Positions 40,027-50,238 of a DNA stretch of 64,000 bases are shown in pieces. The stretch comes from Bacillota bacterium (GTDB taxonomy: Bacteria; Bacillota; Bacilli; Paenibacillales; JBEGSW01), in the NCBI GenBank assembly GCA_041179705.1, contig JBEGSW010000032.1, positions 70,446 to 134,445 of the forward strand, read 5' to 3'. The notes beneath the pieces were generated by a model. The model was given only the letters and a program-made list of their open reading frames with translations, did not search any database and had not been told where the DNA came from. Positions within the stretch are counted from its first letter, which is position 1. Each line of letters opens with the position of its first letter. A program made the translations under genes and the position numbers.

Positions 40027-40470
40027 TTATATTTGTTCTTTTATTTGTTCACTCTCTTTGATCATTTGACCCAATACACCGTTAACGAATTTACCGGATT
40101 CATCTGTGCCAAAGTGCTTAGCTAGCTCAATCGCTTCGTTGACAACAACTCGACTCGGTGTTTGCTCATCAAAGAACATTTCAAAAACTGCCAAACGTAA
40201 AATTTGGCGATCCACTCTGGATAAACGGTCCATCTTCCAACCCGTTAAGTAACCACTTAATAATTCGTCAATCTTCTCATGTTTCGCAGTCGTGCCATAT
40301 ACGAGTGATCTCAAAAATTCCAAGTTAGCTTCTGGACTAACTTCAACTGTTTCTTCTGGTTCAATTAATTCTTCCACTGCAGCCTGTAGGGCTACATCGG
40401 CGGAAACCTCGTTCATTTCGATCTGATATAAACTTTGAACGGCGATTTCTCGTGCCAATCTGCGTTTCAT
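40027..40470 (-). CDS. nusB: Transcription antitermination factor NusB
   Basis: The translation is NusB family ([14 protein letters not shown]...). Confidence 0.95.
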   Translation of the reverse strand: MKRRLAREIAVQSLYQIEMNEVSADVALQAAVEELIEPEETVEVSPEANLEFLRSLVYGTTAKHEKIDELLSGYLTGWKMDRLSRVDRQILRLAVFEMFFDEQTPSRVVVNEAIELAKHFGTDESGKFVNGVLGQMIKESEQIKEQI

Positions 40471-40519
40471 TGTATTTCCTCCCGATCTTCTTTAACATTT
40501 GCCATTTCGTTCTAGTATA

Positions 40520-40556
40520 ACAAAAAAACAACCCAAGCGACAAAAAATCGCATGGG
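40520..40556 (-). terminator. Terminator after the DUF2273 gene
   Basis: The hairpin CCCATGCGA / TCGCTTGGG is followed by TTGTTTTTTTG on the minus strand. Confidence 0.6.
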
Positions 40557-40564
40557 CAGTAAAT

Positions 40565-40792
40565 TTATCGAAATAATTTGAATCGGTCATTTAACCAGGC
40601 TAACCATTTAACGAAATCAACTTGCAATGTCTTCGCATCATAGCGTTGGCCAATTTGATAACCAACCCAAATGATTAATGCTACAAATAACATATCCCAA
40701 AAACCAAATACCAAATAGATAATAGCAAAAAACAATGCGATAACTAGGGCAATTGACTTCCCAGGATGATCTTGGAAAAAGTTTCTCAACAT
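40565..40792 (-). CDS. Small two-TM membrane protein (DUF2273)
   Basis: A 75-aa protein with two TM helices. It is the third member of the common Asp23-AmaP-DUF2273 trio. Confidence 0.7.
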   Translation of the reverse strand: MLRNFFQDHPGKSIALVIALFFAIIYLVFGFWDMLFVALIIWVGYQIGQRYDAKTLQVDFVKWLAWLNDRFKLFR

Positions 40793-40804
40793 CGTAAACT
40801 CCCC

Positions 40805-41368
40805 CTATTCTAATCTGCTCTTCGAAGATTGGGAGCGCTGAATATTTGAAACATTTATTGTAACTTGATTCACTGGAATGCCAGAAATCATTTGAACATG
40901 CTCTTTAACAGCTTTTTGCATCTCTTCACTGATCGTAGGAATCGATACATCCCCATCCATCAAACAACGCAATTTTATTGTTAGTCCTGACTCAGCTACA
41001 CGTACATTTGCCTTAACTTCATGGATACCCTTAATGCGAGACACGGCTTTTAAGCTAAGACTCTCTAGTGTTTCCATGGACACTTGAATTTCACCTAAAT
41101 CCGTCTTGCGATTAATGGATTGCGCGTGTTTCTTTTCTTTGCCTGGACTTAGTGCACGAGCGAACAATTGAATCCCGCGAAGAATGAAAATCACTGCAAT
41201 GATTGAAATAATGATTGCTACGTCCCTAATGCTTAAATCGACGCCAGATGGTAACCAACCATGAATATACTCAGCTTCCGTATTACTGTATTTGACAATA
41301 ACTACACCAACAGCAGCATTTACGACGGCTAAAACAACAAGTAATAATTTCTCTAATATTGATACCAC
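40805..41368 (-). CDS. amaP: Alkaline shock response membrane anchor protein (AmaP-like)
   Basis: It has two N-terminal TM helices and a soluble tail. It lies directly downstream of the Asp23-family gene. Confidence 0.65.
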   Translation of the reverse strand: MVSILEKLLLVVLAVVNAAVGVVIVKYSNTEAEYIHGWLPSGVDLSIRDVAIIISIIAVIFILRGIQLFARALSPGKEKKHAQSINRKTDLGEIQVSMETLESLSLKAVSRIKGIHEVKANVRVAESGLTIKLRCLMDGDVSIPTISEEMQKAVKEHVQMISGIPVNQVTINVSNIQRSQSSKSRLE

Positions 41369-41396
41369 GTCAGACGCCCCCCTTAGTAGGCTTCAG

Positions 41397-41765
41397 TTAA
41401 ATGGAAGGAAACTGTACACCTTCGACAACTACGTTAACTTCAACTACCGTTAAACCTGCCATATTCTCAACAGCTTGCTTAACAATACGTTGAACTTCAA
41501 AACAAACTTCAGGAACACGCTCGCCATAAGAAATGATAATTGAAACAGTGACAGCGGTTTGCGTCTCACCAACTTCAACTTTCACACCTTTGGATAAATT
41601 CTTGCGACCAAGTAGTTGAGCAATTCCACCAGTAAAACCGCCACTCATCCCTGCAACACCAGGAACTTCAATCGCAGCAAGTGCAGCAATTGCTCCAATC
41701 ACTTCAGGGGAAATCTGGATGCTCCCTAAATCGACATTTTCTAAATCTAATTGGGCCATCTTCAA
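41397..41765 (-). CDS. Asp23/Gls24-family envelope stress protein (YqhY-like)
   Basis: The translation is Asp23 family (ISPEVIGAIAALAAIEVPGVAGM...). It lies downstream of accC as in B. subtilis. Confidence 0.85.
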   Translation of the reverse strand: MKMAQLDLENVDLGSIQISPEVIGAIAALAAIEVPGVAGMSGGFTGGIAQLLGRKNLSKGVKVEVGETQTAVTVSIIISYGERVPEVCFEVQRIVKQAVENMAGLTVVEVNVVVEGVQFPSI

Positions 41766-41794
41766 TCTGCCTCCTATAATTTCTACTTAATCAC

Positions 41795-43138
41795 TTACAT
41801 TTCATGTTCTTCTAAGAATTTAATGTCATGATTTCCACCTAAGAAAATGGGATGCTCCAACACTTTCAAGTGGAAAGGAATCGTTGTGTGCACACCTTCA
41901 ATTGCAAACTCTGATAATGCACGCTTCATGCGAGCAATCGCTTCATCTCGCGTAGGTGCCCAAACAATTAACTTTGCTACCATGGAATCATAATGTGGCG
42001 GAATCGTATAACCTGGATAGACGGCACTATCCACACGAACCCCATTTCCACCTGGTGGCAAATAGAATGAAATTTGTCCAGCCGAAGGCATAAAGTTCTT
42101 ATCTGGGTTTTCAGCGTTGACACGACACTCGATTGACCAACCTTGGAATTGAATTTCTTCTTGTTTAAAGGACAACGGATTGCCTTCTGCCACAGAAATC
42201 ATTTCTTTAATCAAGTCAGTCTGTGTAATCATTTCCGTAACAGGGTGCTCTACCTGAATACGTGTATTCATTTCCATGAAATAAAAATCACCTGATGGAC
42301 TCAGTAAGAACTCCAATGTTCCTGCGCCGGAGTAATTTACTGCAAGTGCGGCACGTACCGCAGCTTGTCCCATCTCAGCGCGTAATTCAGGTGTCAAAAT
42401 CGGACAAGGTGCTTCCTCAATTAATTTCTGACGACGGCGCTGCACGGAACAATCACGTTCACCTAAGTGAACGACATTCCCATGTTTGTCAGCAATGATT
42501 TGGATTTCAACATGCTTCATACCTGTCAAAAACTTCTCTAGGTAAACACCAGCATTACCAAATGCATTTTGTGCTTCCAATTGTGCTGCTGCTACTTGGC
42601 GAACGAGATCTTCTTCGTCTTCGACGATTCGAATCCCTTTCCCACCACCACCAGCTGTAGCTTTAATGATAATTGGATATCCAATTTCACGACCTAGTCG
42701 AACTGCTTCTTCGATATCTTCAATCAAACCATCAGAACCAGGAATAACAGGTACACCTGCGTTCTTCATCGTCGCTTTCGCTTCCGCTTTATCACCCATT
42801 CGCGTAATCGCAGATGCAGATGGTCCGATAAATGTAATCCCGCACGATTCACAAATCTCTGCGAAATCAGCATTTTCAGCTAAGAATCCATATCCCGGAT
42901 GAATCGCATCAGAACCTGTAAGTGTAGCAACACTTAATAAGTTCGTCATATTCAAATAACTATCTTTCGACGCAGTCGGACCGATGCAATAAGCTTCGTC
43001 CGCTAATTTAACATGTAAAGAGTCGCGATCTGATTCCGAGTATACTGCTACAGATTGAATCCCAACTTCTTTACAAGCGCGTATAATTCGCACTGCAATT
43101 TCGCCACGATTAGCGATTAGTATTTTATGAAATTTCAT
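41795..43138 (-). CDS. accC: Acetyl-CoA carboxylase biotin carboxylase subunit
   Basis: It has an ATP-grasp fold ([11 protein letters not shown]..., GGGGKG). Confidence 0.97.
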   Translation of the reverse strand: MKFHKILIANRGEIAVRIIRACKEVGIQSVAVYSESDRDSLHVKLADEAYCIGPTASKDSYLNMTNLLSVATLTGSDAIHPGYGFLAENADFAEICESCGITFIGPSASAITRMGDKAEAKATMKNAGVPVIPGSDGLIEDIEEAVRLGREIGYPIIIKATAGGGGKGIRIVEDEEDLVRQVAAAQLEAQNAFGNAGVYLEKFLTGMKHVEIQIIADKHGNVVHLGERDCSVQRRRQKLIEEAPCPILTPELRAEMGQAAVRAALAVNYSGAGTLEFLLSPSGDFYFMEMNTRIQVEHPVTEMITQTDLIKEMISVAEGNPLSFKQEEIQFQGWSIECRVNAENPDKNFMPSAGQISFYLPPGGNGVRVDSAVYPGYTIPPHYDSMVAKLIVWAPTRDEAIARMKRALSEFAIEGVHTTIPFHLKVLEHPIFLGGNHDIKFLEEHEM

Positions 43139-43160
43139 GAGGCTAACTTCCTCCTACGGA

Positions 43161-43658
43161 TTATTCCGGTTTCACTAAGAACAATGGCTGACCATACTCA
43201 ACCAACTGCCCGTTCTCTACTAAAATTTCAACGATTTCACCTTTGATTTCGGCTTCAATCTCATTCATTAATTTCATTGCTTCAACAATACAAACAACAG
43301 ATTTCGCATTAACTTTATCCCCTACATTTACAAATACTGGAGAAGTTGGGGATGGTGATGAATAGAACGTTCCCACCATTGGCGACGTAATCTTATGTAG
43401 ATTCGAATCAACTGCCGCAGATACGACTGGCGTTGCTGCAGGAACTGCTGCTGGAGCTGCCACTGGCGCTGCTGCAGCCACAGGAGCGGCTACGTGCACT
43501 TGTGGTGCCGGTGCTGCTGCAACAATAACTTGCTCTGCTTGCGCTGGTTTACGAATGGATAATTTGGATCCCTCATTTTCAATCTCAACCTCTTGCAAAG
43601 TAGATTGATCAACGAGTTTAATCAATTCTTTAATTTCAGAAAATTTCAACATTTTCAC
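43161..43658 (-). CDS. accB: Acetyl-CoA carboxylase biotin carboxyl carrier protein
   Basis: It has an Ala/Pro-rich linker and the biotinylation motif EAMKLMNEI. Confidence 0.95.
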   Translation of the reverse strand: MKMLKFSEIKELIKLVDQSTLQEVEIENEGSKLSIRKPAQAEQVIVAAAPAPQVHVAAPVAAAAPVAAPAAVPAATPVVSAAVDSNLHKITSPMVGTFYSSPSPTSPVFVNVGDKVNAKSVVCIVEAMKLMNEIEAEIKGEIVEILVENGQLVEYGQPLFLVKPE

Positions 43659-43762
43659 TAGTCACTCCTTTAGCTTTTCCAACTCTGATATTATATCACA
43701 TCGAATTATATGGACAATACTTAACTTGATTCTAGAAAGGCCGGCATATTCCTTTTTAATCT

Positions 43763-43801
43763 CAAAAAAAACAAGCTAACGAATAATAATTCGTAGCTTG
43801 T
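43763..43801 (-). terminator. Terminator after spoIIIAH
   Basis: The stem ACAAGCTACGAAT / ATTCGTTAGCTTGT is followed by a T8 run on the minus strand. Confidence 0.85.
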
Positions 43802-43810
43802 GATAGAAAA

Positions 43811-44362
43811 TTACTGTTTAATCGTATGAATCGTGATTTGATTAGGCTTTAATGTCAACTCATTCATCACAAGTTCTGCGATGCTCACCGCTTGTGTTTT
43901 TTGTAAGTCTTTCGCTTGTACAGTTACATCCCACTTCCCGTTCGTCTGAGTAACTACGGCATTTGTATATTCACTTGCAAGTTGCTCTTCCAACGCACTT
44001 ACTTTTTCTGCCTGGTCTTGCAGATCACCTAATGTCTTCATCGTTGTTGCAGCTGTTGCTTCATTCGCATTATTCATCGTTTCCATAAGTCGGTCGAATT
44101 CTGCCTCTTGCTTCTCATCTCTTTCCATTTGTAGGTTCGCAAAATAATCAGTTGTTGACGATTCAATTGCTTCCTCTTTTTTGGAGCTGGTCGAAGGAGT
44201 AGACGACGGTGACACGTCATCAATCACCATCTGATCCCATTTTGGATGATTAGTGGATGTCTTCACATCATCCGTAAATAAATAATAAGCAGACAGAACC
44301 ACCATTAGACTTAACATAGAAACGAGCCATATTGTTTGTTTTTTTGCTTGCAAAAAGACCAC
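43811..44362 (-). CDS. spoIIIAH: Stage III sporulation protein AH
   Basis: It has an N-terminal TM anchor and an extracytoplasmic domain. It is the last gene of the eight-gene spoIIIA operon. Confidence 0.8.
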   Translation of the reverse strand: MVFLQAKKQTIWLVSMLSLMVVLSAYYLFTDDVKTSTNHPKWDQMVIDDVSPSSTPSTSSKKEEAIESSTTDYFANLQMERDEKQEAEFDRLMETMNNANEATAATTMKTLGDLQDQAEKVSALEEQLASEYTNAVVTQTNGKWDVTVQAKDLQKTQAVSIAELVMNELTLKPNQITIHTIKQ

Positions 44363-44371
44363 TCCAGTCGA

Positions 44372-44986
44372 TTAATATTCTATATTTGCTTCACTTGGCA
44401 ATATTGAAATTGCTGAAAGACGAACGTCCAGACCTTTTCGAACAGCTTCTAAAATCATTTGCTTCACAGCTTGTCTTTCAGCCCCTTCTGCAATAATTAA
44501 CACACCTCGGACTTTCGGCTGTATGGTCTGCACAACAAGTGGCTGTTGGTTCCCTGAAGACTGCTGCATAACCGTTTGCGATTGCTTGGACTGTTCGTGA
44601 ATTTGTCTCGTTGCCCCATTGCGATCTTGTTCTTCCGTTACTTGTTGGTTATTCTCTATGTTTTGTTGGATTACAAGTTGTTTTGATGCATCAAAGACAA
44701 TCATTACGTCGACTCGTCCTACACCGGGCAATTGCTCAAGCATTGTCTGTAAGCGTTGCTCCATTTTTTTCTCTTCGTTTGATTCGACAACTTCCATTTG
44801 CTTTTCTGCGTTAGTAACGGGTAATACATTTGATACTTCAGGTTCCGCTTTGAAATAATTACTTAAAATCATTAAAACAACACCTAGACCAGCCAGAACA
44901 ATTATATTTTGCGTTGTTCGCTTGCGGTTATCTGCACTCGAATTACCATCGATTAGACCCTTAAAAACTTGCCACATCTTTCTCAT
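44372..44986 (-). CDS. spoIIIAG: Stage III sporulation protein AG
   Basis: It has a TM anchor and a ring-building-like C-terminal domain. The start was set at ATG 44986, which overlaps the spoIIIAF stop as ATGA. Confidence 0.8.
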   Translation of the reverse strand: MRKMWQVFKGLIDGNSSADNRKRTTQNIIVLAGLGVVLMILSNYFKAEPEVSNVLPVTNAEKQMEVVESNEEKKMEQRLQTMLEQLPGVGRVDVMIVFDASKQLVIQQNIENNQQVTEEQDRNGATRQIHEQSKQSQTVMQQSSGNQQPLVVQTIQPKVRGVLIIAEGAERQAVKQMILEAVRKGLDVRLSAISILPSEANIEY

Positions 44987-45588
44987 TCGACTAGGCTCAC
45001 ACTCACACTCGTATGGGGTTGTCCCCAATTTTTTTCTATCCACCTTTGCCAATGTTTCATTTCTTGCATGGACTTCGAATCATTTCGCACGCCTCCTGTT
45101 GCACTCATTTCAATTTCAATCGGTCGAATCATCGCTGTTTCAACTTTCGGTCCGAACTGAACCACTATCTTCGCAATAGACATCTGACTATTTTCTTGTT
45201 GAACAACAGCAACATTGACCTGGTTCACGATACGTTGCGATGCGTTGGAAATGCTGGATTTGATCTGTTTCTCCAGTTCTTTTTGCGCCCAAGATATCGA
45301 TTGTTCTTCTCTTGAAAGTCGTAACAGGTTAGCCTGTTCCAAAATTTGCCCGAGCGCTGGTACCTGCTGTGCCGATATCTCGCTAACAACAAATTGTTGA
45401 TTCCAATCCATGGGCACGTCAAAAATTCGAAAAATTGGTGATAATAGGGTTACAAACACAATCAGGCGGAGCGTCATTTTAACATAGCGTTGTAACCCAT
45501 TTGGAGGGAGAATTTGATCGACAAAAGCGGCGAATAAAAGAACTACGACGATTCCCTTCAGCCACTCGCCAATCTGTTCCACCAACAT
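44983..45588 (-). CDS. spoIIIAF: Stage III sporulation protein AF
   Basis: The N-terminus (..LKGIVVVLLFAAFVDQILPPNGLQRYVKMTLRLIVFVTLLSPIF) resembles SpoIIIAF. Confidence 0.75.
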   Translation of the reverse strand: MLVEQIGEWLKGIVVVLLFAAFVDQILPPNGLQRYVKMTLRLIVFVTLLSPIFRIFDVPMDWNQQFVVSEISAQQVPALGQILEQANLLRLSREEQSISWAQKELEKQIKSSISNASQRIVNQVNVAVVQQENSQMSIAKIVVQFGPKVETAMIRPIEIEMSATGGVRNDSKSMQEMKHWQRWIEKNWGQPHTSVSVSLVE

Positions 45589-45594
45589 GACCCC

Positions 45595-46659
45595 CTACCG
45601 AAACATATAACTCCAATTGCCAACAGCGATCAAAACGGTAAGCGCGAAAAAAAACATCATCCCAACTGCAATCATACTCGCAAACACGTAAATCAAATTT
45701 TTACCGATCATCTGTAAATTTTGGACCATTGGATTTGAACCAAGGGGTTGTAATATGGCAGCTACAAGGATATACATGAGTGCGATTGCCGCAACTTTTA
45801 GTGCGGGGAATAGACAATAGATAACGAGTAAAAGTAGCCCGGATAAGCCAATTGAATTTTTTATAAGCAATGATGCTCCTAATGCCGTGTCTGTCGCATC
45901 AGAGAACACCCTTCCCACAACTGGAACAAAATTCCCCACGATGTACTTTGCTGTCTTAATCGCAACACCATCTGCCGCTGCTCCAGTTGCACCCTGTGCA
46001 GCAGTAATTCCTATAAAGACTGAAACCGTAACACCTAGCAGCGTAATGCCTATTTTTCGTAGCAAGTTCGCCAAACTTGTTACCTGGTATCGCTCTGAAA
46101 GCGAACTGACGAGATGTAATAGCGTTGAGAAGAAAAATAGCGGAAAAATCACGAATGCTACCAGATGTCCAATCAATTGAATAAACACAACCATGATGGG
46201 ATGCATGACCGTAACACTAACAACATTGCCCAGCGAGGCCATCATCGTCATATAGATTGGAATCATCGCTTGCATAAATTGAACCATACCCTCGATAGCA
46301 GTTTTGGCGTATTGAATGGTTTCGCTAAATGTATCAACGACAAGTACGATCCCAATCCATTGAATGACCATTCTGGAAATCGATTTGACCAAGTTGCGCT
46401 CGAATGTGCTATGAATTGTTTCAAGAAACACGCCTAATAGCACAACGAGAATAATCGTTACCAAGATATTTATACTTGCTATACATTCTCGAAAAAAATA
46501 ATCGACTACGTTATGCAACAACCGCCCAAGCCATTGCTGATTCATCGTAATGGGTTCACTAGGCAAATAGGAATGATAGTTTTGTTGCAGACGATTCCAA
46601 TATTCATCAAGCATCGATTGTCCATAATCTAGGTCATTCAATACGTGTTCTCCTATCAA
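45595..46659 (-). CDS. spoIIIAE: Stage III sporulation protein AE
   Basis: A large polytopic membrane protein. Its start overlaps the spoIIIAD stop as ATGA. Confidence 0.85.
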   Translation of the reverse strand: MIGEHVLNDLDYGQSMLDEYWNRLQQNYHSYLPSEPITMNQQWLGRLLHNVVDYFFRECIASINILVTIILVVLLGVFLETIHSTFERNLVKSISRMVIQWIGIVLVVDTFSETIQYAKTAIEGMVQFMQAMIPIYMTMMASLGNVVSVTVMHPIMVVFIQLIGHLVAFVIFPLFFFSTLLHLVSSLSERYQVTSLANLLRKIGITLLGVTVSVFIGITAAQGATGAAADGVAIKTAKYIVGNFVPVVGRVFSDATDTALGASLLIKNSIGLSGLLLLVIYCLFPALKVAAIALMYILVAAILQPLGSNPMVQNLQMIGKNLIYVFASMIAVGMMFFFALTVLIAVGNWSYMFR

Positions 46660-47045
46660 GATGGAAACATGGCAATGATTTTTTCGATTACTGTTGTCAC
46701 AATGGGTAAAGCCAAATATAACAAAATGACTTTTGCGGATAATTCAATTTTCTGTGCGAGTGATTCTTGACCTGTATCTCGAATGATCTGCGCGCCAATT
46801 TCTGCTAAATAGGAAATACCGATCATCTTTATAATGATTTTCATAAAATTAGCATCCATCGATGTTCGTTCTGCAAGTTTAGCTACATAACTGATTAGAC
46901 CGGCGAGTTGTGTGATAATGGAATATAGAATAAGTAAACCAGCAATCACCAAAATGAACGATGCGAATAGCGGTTTATGCTCCTTCACCAACAACGCTAA
47001 AATCGCAGCAACAATAGCAAAAGAAACAATTTGCAAAATATTCAT
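46656..47045 (-). CDS. spoIIIAD: Stage III sporulation protein AD
   Basis: A 129-aa membrane protein (..LLVKEHKPLFASFILVIAG..). Confidence 0.85.
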   Translation of the reverse strand: MNILQIVSFAIVAAILALLVKEHKPLFASFILVIAGLLILYSIITQLAGLISYVAKLAERTSMDANFMKIIIKMIGISYLAEIGAQIIRDTGQESLAQKIELSAKVILLYLALPIVTTVIEKIIAMFPS

Positions 47046-47053
47046 TTGGACTC

Positions 47054-47257
47054 CTAATAAAAGGAGAAAATAGACTTAATTTCATGAAATAAATCATTTA
47101 TTACACGGATAACCATAAATAAAACGACGATAAATCCAATGACAGTTGCCCACAGTGCCATATCTTCTTTGCCCATTTGTTTCAGGACAGCTTGCAACAT
47201 AGCGACAATAATACCGATGCCTGCGATTTGAAATAACAATTGTATATCTGGAGTCAA
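47054..47257 (-). CDS. spoIIIAC: Stage III sporulation protein AC
   Basis: A 67-aa two-TM protein (..QLLFQIAGIGIIVAMLQAVLKQMGKED..). The start was reset to TTG at 47257, 6 nt after GAGGGGAG. Confidence 0.85.
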   Translation of the reverse strand: MTPDIQLLFQIAGIGIIVAMLQAVLKQMGKEDMALWATVIGFIVVLFMVIRVINDLFHEIKSIFSFY

Positions 47258-47282
47258 ATGAGCACTCCCCTCTCTCTGAACC

Positions 47283-47801
47283 CTAAACAAATAATAGAAC
47301 AATTAAGATTGCTAACATGATTCCAATCGATTTCGAGCTTTGCTCATGTTTGGACTGATCAGTAAGAGCATGTTCCTCTAATAAAGAAAGCTGTTGCATA
47401 ATCAACTGTATATGCTTGACTTGGTCATCTCGATTAGAGATACCTAATGTGGTTCCAAATTGCACGAGTAAGTCTTTTTCTTGTTGTTTCAAATCCAATT
47501 TGGGCCATACTTGTACAATTGCCATTCTCCAAGCTTGATTTACATCCAAATGCTGATTTTCCATAGAAGAAGATGCCGTCTCAAATAATTCTTGAATTGG
47601 AAAATCACATGACGCAGCTATTTTATGCAATCCCAATCGCAAAGGGGTAAGGCTATAATTTATTTCTGTCTCTAATCGCTTTATCGCAAATTTAAGCGCT
47701 CGTAATTGTTTCGTTCGATTTCGATATTTCGAAGCACGGATAAATCCCCACATCATTCCAGAGACTAATATACAAATGATGCCGATAACCTTCATCCACA
47801 T
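47283..47801 (-). CDS. spoIIIAB: Stage III sporulation protein AB
   Basis: The N-terminal TM helix and helical domain resemble SpoIIIAB. It overlaps the spoIIIAA stop as TAATG. Confidence 0.8.
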   Translation of the reverse strand: MWMKVIGIICILVSGMMWGFIRASKYRNRTKQLRALKFAIKRLETEINYSLTPLRLGLHKIAASCDFPIQELFETASSSMENQHLDVNQAWRMAIVQVWPKLDLKQQEKDLLVQFGTTLGISNRDDQVKHIQLIMQQLSLLEEHALTDQSKHEQSSKSIGIMLAILIVLLFV

Positions 47802-48787
47802 TAGGTTATGTTTCGTTGCAAAATATGGTTATGTAGTTCTTTTCCATAGGCATCATAAATCCGGTAAATGTTTCCTTGCGCATAGGTATGTCCAATTACG
47901 AGATATCTTTGGAAAATCCCACTTTCTAGCAACTTACGAAACATCGGGCGCTTGCGAATATCTTCAATGGAATAGCCATGTGCACTGCATAAAATTCGAA
48001 TCCCAGCGTGCGCTACCTCATCAATCGCAATCGCATCTTCTTCTCGTCCAATTTCATCAACGACGATGACATGTGGGGACATTGACCGAACCATCATCAT
48101 CATTCCTTCTGCTTTTGGACAACCGTCCAATACGTCTGTTCTAGTTCCAACTTGGAAAGAGGGTACTCCTTGGACACAAGCAGCTAACTCCGAACGTTCA
48201 TCAATTATTCCTACTTTGCGTGATGGCCAATTCACATAAGATGGCCAATCACCATCGCTAATTTGTCGTGAGAAATCTCTTAGCAACGTAGTCTTACCTT
48301 GTTGTGGTGGCGATATAATTAGGGTGTTATGGATATTGTGGGCATCTTGGTCCAAAATCCCTCGTAGTAACGGCCGACTACAACCCACCACTTCTCTTGC
48401 GATTCGTATATTGAATCCAGCAACATCTTTCACATGTCGAACTTTTCCCGATTCGACTGTCGTTTGTCCAACTATGCCAACGCGATGCCCCCCTCGCAAA
48501 GTGATATAGCCTTTTTGAAGTTGTTCTTCATAGCTATATAAGGAGTGCTCGGTCAACATTTCCAGGATAAATGCACAATCCATCTTTGTGGGTAAATAAC
48601 CAACTTTCGGCAATCTTCCTAAATCACCTGAATCATTAATGAATCGATAATCGTCACGAAATCCGATTTCAATCGGTTTTCCTTCTCGAATGCGTACTTC
48701 CTCCATTTTGCTCAGCAATCGTTCTGGAATAAGTGCGATTTGTTTCCTTATCGATTCTGGCAAACAGGCCGTCCATGTCTCGCTCAT
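47801..48787 (-). CDS. spoIIIAA: Stage III sporulation protein AA (secretion-type ATPase)
   Basis: It has Walker A (SPPQQGKTT) and Walker B (VIVVDEIG) motifs. It is the first gene of the spoIIIA operon. Confidence 0.9.
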   Translation of the reverse strand: MSETWTACLPESIRKQIALIPERLLSKMEEVRIREGKPIEIGFRDDYRFINDSGDLGRLPKVGYLPTKMDCAFILEMLTEHSLYSYEEQLQKGYITLRGGHRVGIVGQTTVESGKVRHVKDVAGFNIRIAREVVGCSRPLLRGILDQDAHNIHNTLIISPPQQGKTTLLRDFSRQISDGDWPSYVNWPSRKVGIIDERSELAACVQGVPSFQVGTRTDVLDGCPKAEGMMMMVRSMSPHVIVVDEIGREEDAIAIDEVAHAGIRILCSAHGYSIEDIRKRPMFRKLLESGIFQRYLVIGHTYAQGNIYRIYDAYGKELHNHILQRNIT

Positions 48788-48852
48788 TTCACACCCCCAC
48801 CTTCAAACTTGTTCTATACCTATTCTTGCCAATCGGAAATATGCTAAAAGAC

Positions 48853-48886
48853 AAAAAAAACCCTCCAAGGAAATCCCTGGAGGGTT
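48853..48886 (-). terminator. Terminator after the aspartokinase gene
   Basis: The hairpin CCCTCCAGGG ATTT CCTTGGAGGG is followed by a T8 run on the minus strand. Confidence 0.85.
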
Positions 48887-48899
48887 AATTAAATATAAC

Positions 48900-49418
48900 T
48901 TATCGACGATCTTTCGGGCCGCCAACGAATGCAGCTGTTGCAGCATCTAAGTCATACGCAGAATGAAGGGCTAAAACAACTTCAGTCAATTTATCTTGCT
49001 CAATCACGCAAGAACATTTGATTTCAGATGTACTTACCATCTTAATGCTCACACCTTGCTTGTAAATTGTATCAAACATCTTTGCTGCAACACCTGGTGT
49101 ACTAACCATGCCTGCACCTACAATCGATACTTTAACAAGATTCTTCTCCGATGTTACCGCTTGATGTCCAATCTGTGCCTGTAATGCATCCACTGCCGCT
49201 ACAGCACGATCTAAATCACCAAGGCTAACTGTGAAGGAAAAGTCAGCACGACCACCTTGCACACCACTTTGAACAATGATATCAACATCAATTTGTGCTT
49301 CAGCCAAAGCATTAAATACGGTTGCTAATACACCTGGCTCATCTTTTACTCCTAAAATGCTAATACGACCTACATTTTTATCATAAGCGATACCACGAAC
49401 CGTTGCACCTTGCTCCAT
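48900..49418 (-). CDS. Possible nested in-frame aspartokinase beta subunit
   Basis: An internal consensus RBS AAGGAGG (49427..49433) lies 8 nt upstream of the in-frame ATG at codon 246 (49418). This parallels the overlapping alpha/beta genes of B. subtilis aspartokinase II. Confidence 0.5.
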   Translation of the reverse strand: MEQGATVRGIAYDKNVGRISILGVKDEPGVLATVFNALAEAQIDVDIIVQSGVQGGRADFSFTVSLGDLDRAVAAVDALQAQIGHQAVTSEKNLVKVSIVGAGMVSTPGVAAKMFDTIYKQGVSIKMVSTSEIKCSCVIEQDKLTEVVLALHSAYDLDAATAAFVGGPKDRR

Positions 49419-50153
49419 CTTTGCATCCTCCTTAACCAACGTACCTTCATTATGTGTGAAACTGGAACGAACAACCAAATGAACATTATTATGCTTCGCA
49501 TATTCCACTGCACGCGGATGTAAGACTGCTGCACCTAAGTTAGCAAGTTCTAGCATCTCATCATAGGAAATTTCGTTCAATTTACTTGCTTTACTAACCA
49601 TACGAGGGTCAGTTGTGTAAACACCGTCAACATCCGTGTATATTTCACATACATCTGCTTTGATGGCTGCTGCTAAAGCAACAGCAGTTGTATCAGATCC
49701 ACCGCGGCCAAGTGTCGTGATTTCTCCATCACGACTTGCCCCTTGGAATCCAGCAACAATTACTACATTTCCTTCATTTAAAGCATTAAAAATGCGCGTT
49801 GGTTGAATATCAACAATCTTTGCTTTGCCATGCGTAGCATCTGTAGTCATTCCTGCCTGCCAGCCCGTAAACGATTTCGCTTGATGTCCTAGTGCTTGAA
49901 TCGTCATCGATAACAATGATACGGAAATTTGCTCACCTGTCGTCAACAACATGTCCATTTCACGCGCTGGCGGATTATCTGTTAGTTGTTGGGACAAATC
50001 AATCAGTTCGTCCGTCGTATCACCCATCGCAGAAACAACGACTACGCATTGGTCTCCAGCTAATTTTTTCTCAATAATCCGTTCTGCTACTTTCTTCATT
50101 CGTTCAGGTGTGCCAACTGAACTACCACCAAATTTCATTACGACTAATGCCAT
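48900..50153 (-). CDS. lysC: Aspartate kinase (alpha subunit, two C-terminal ACT domains)
   Basis: MALVVMKFGGSSVG.., an amino-acid kinase fold, and tandem ACT domains. Confidence 0.93.
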   Translation of the reverse strand: MALVVMKFGGSSVGTPERMKKVAERIIEKKLAGDQCVVVVSAMGDTTDELIDLSQQLTDNPPAREMDMLLTTGEQISVSLLSMTIQALGHQAKSFTGWQAGMTTDATHGKAKIVDIQPTRIFNALNEGNVVIVAGFQGASRDGEITTLGRGGSDTTAVALAAAIKADVCEIYTDVDGVYTTDPRMVSKASKLNEISYDEMLELANLGAAVLHPRAVEYAKHNNVHLVVRSSFTHNEGTLVKEDAKMEQGATVRGIAYDKNVGRISILGVKDEPGVLATVFNALAEAQIDVDIIVQSGVQGGRADFSFTVSLGDLDRAVAAVDALQAQIGHQAVTSEKNLVKVSIVGAGMVSTPGVAAKMFDTIYKQGVSIKMVSTSEIKCSCVIEQDKLTEVVLALHSAYDLDAATAAFVGGPKDRR

Positions 50154-50185
50154 AATCTGTCACACTCCTACTCGCAAATTCTATT

Positions 50186-50223
50186 CAACAAAAGAGCTGT
50201 TCCGCACAGTGACGGAACAGCTC
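50186..50223 (-). terminator. Terminator after efp
   Basis: An 11-bp stem (GAGCTGTTCCG / CGGAACAGCTC) is followed by TTTTGTTG on the minus strand. Confidence 0.8.
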
Positions 50224-50238
50224 CCTTAAAAGTATTCG

